Shown here: positions 5,336-5,487 of the stretch, piece after piece
Numbering within the stretch: position 1 is the first letter of the stretch
Layout: every line of letters starts with the position of its first letter
Source: a virus
Strand: one strand, 5' to 3'
IMG/VR virus record: IMGVR_UViG_3300045988_103061
Span: 1-5,487 of that record
Length of the DNA: 5,487 nucleotides
The notes under the pieces: generated by a model
Databases searched by the model: none
The model's input: only the letters and a program-made list of their open reading frames with translations
Told to the model about the DNA's origin: nothing
Translations under genes and position numbers: made by a program

Positions 5336-5487
5336 AGCTTATTATCTCCTTTCTTTACCCGACAAGGCACGAATAACGATTTTTGTAAGCGTAGGCTTGC
5401 GCCGTGTTACAAAGATATGATATGAGCGGAGTGACCGGCAGCTTAGCACAGTCATACCGGCATAGCCGGTATATAAAAACAAAAAAG

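Noticed and set aside
5336-5392. Search for a canonical promoter directly upstream of VP3 (TTGTAA...CTTACA / TACAAA) and a Bacteroides-type TAnnTTTG motif (TATCTTTG).
   Set aside because: The hexamer matches are poor, lacking the conserved T at -7 or with bad spacing. The Bacteroides -7 motif match is isolated, without the -33 element, and is inconsistent with the strong SD usage of this genome.

Overview
The window is a complete, circularly closed genome of a small ssDNA phage of the family Microviridae, gokushovirus-like. The first 95 nt (1-95) are repeated exactly at 5393-5487, so the window is a circular contig of unit length 5392 nt with assembly terminal redundancy. Nothing suggests a chromosomal or prophage context. 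All eight supported genes lie on the window minus strand, so the window is the reverse complement of the virion or mRNA-sense strand. In transcription order, going down in coordinate, they are: VP3 scaffold (5335->4892), VP1 major capsid (4684->3056), VP2 minor capsid/pilot (3043->2243), an 89-aa membrane-anchored ORF (2231->1962), a 37-aa arginine-rich DNA-binding protein missing from the ORF track (1923->1810), VP4 rolling-circle replication initiator (1803->847), a 92-aa basic hypothetical protein (766->488) and a 93-aa VP5-like protein (482->201). About 89% of the unit is coding. Non-coding signals include a textbook sigma70 promoter with extended -10 and phased 10-bp A-tract repeats just 3' of the rep gene. 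A second TGGTATAAT promoter-like element lies immediately upstream of a rho-independent terminator plus a GC hairpin in the 257-nt main intergenic region. A perfect 19-bp inverted repeat sits in the VP3-VP1 intergenic region. A 15-nt extended Shine-Dalgarno element is repeated at two gene junctions. All plus-strand ORFs in the track are judged to be antisense artefacts. No CRISPR, tRNA, rRNA, integrase or transposase is present.
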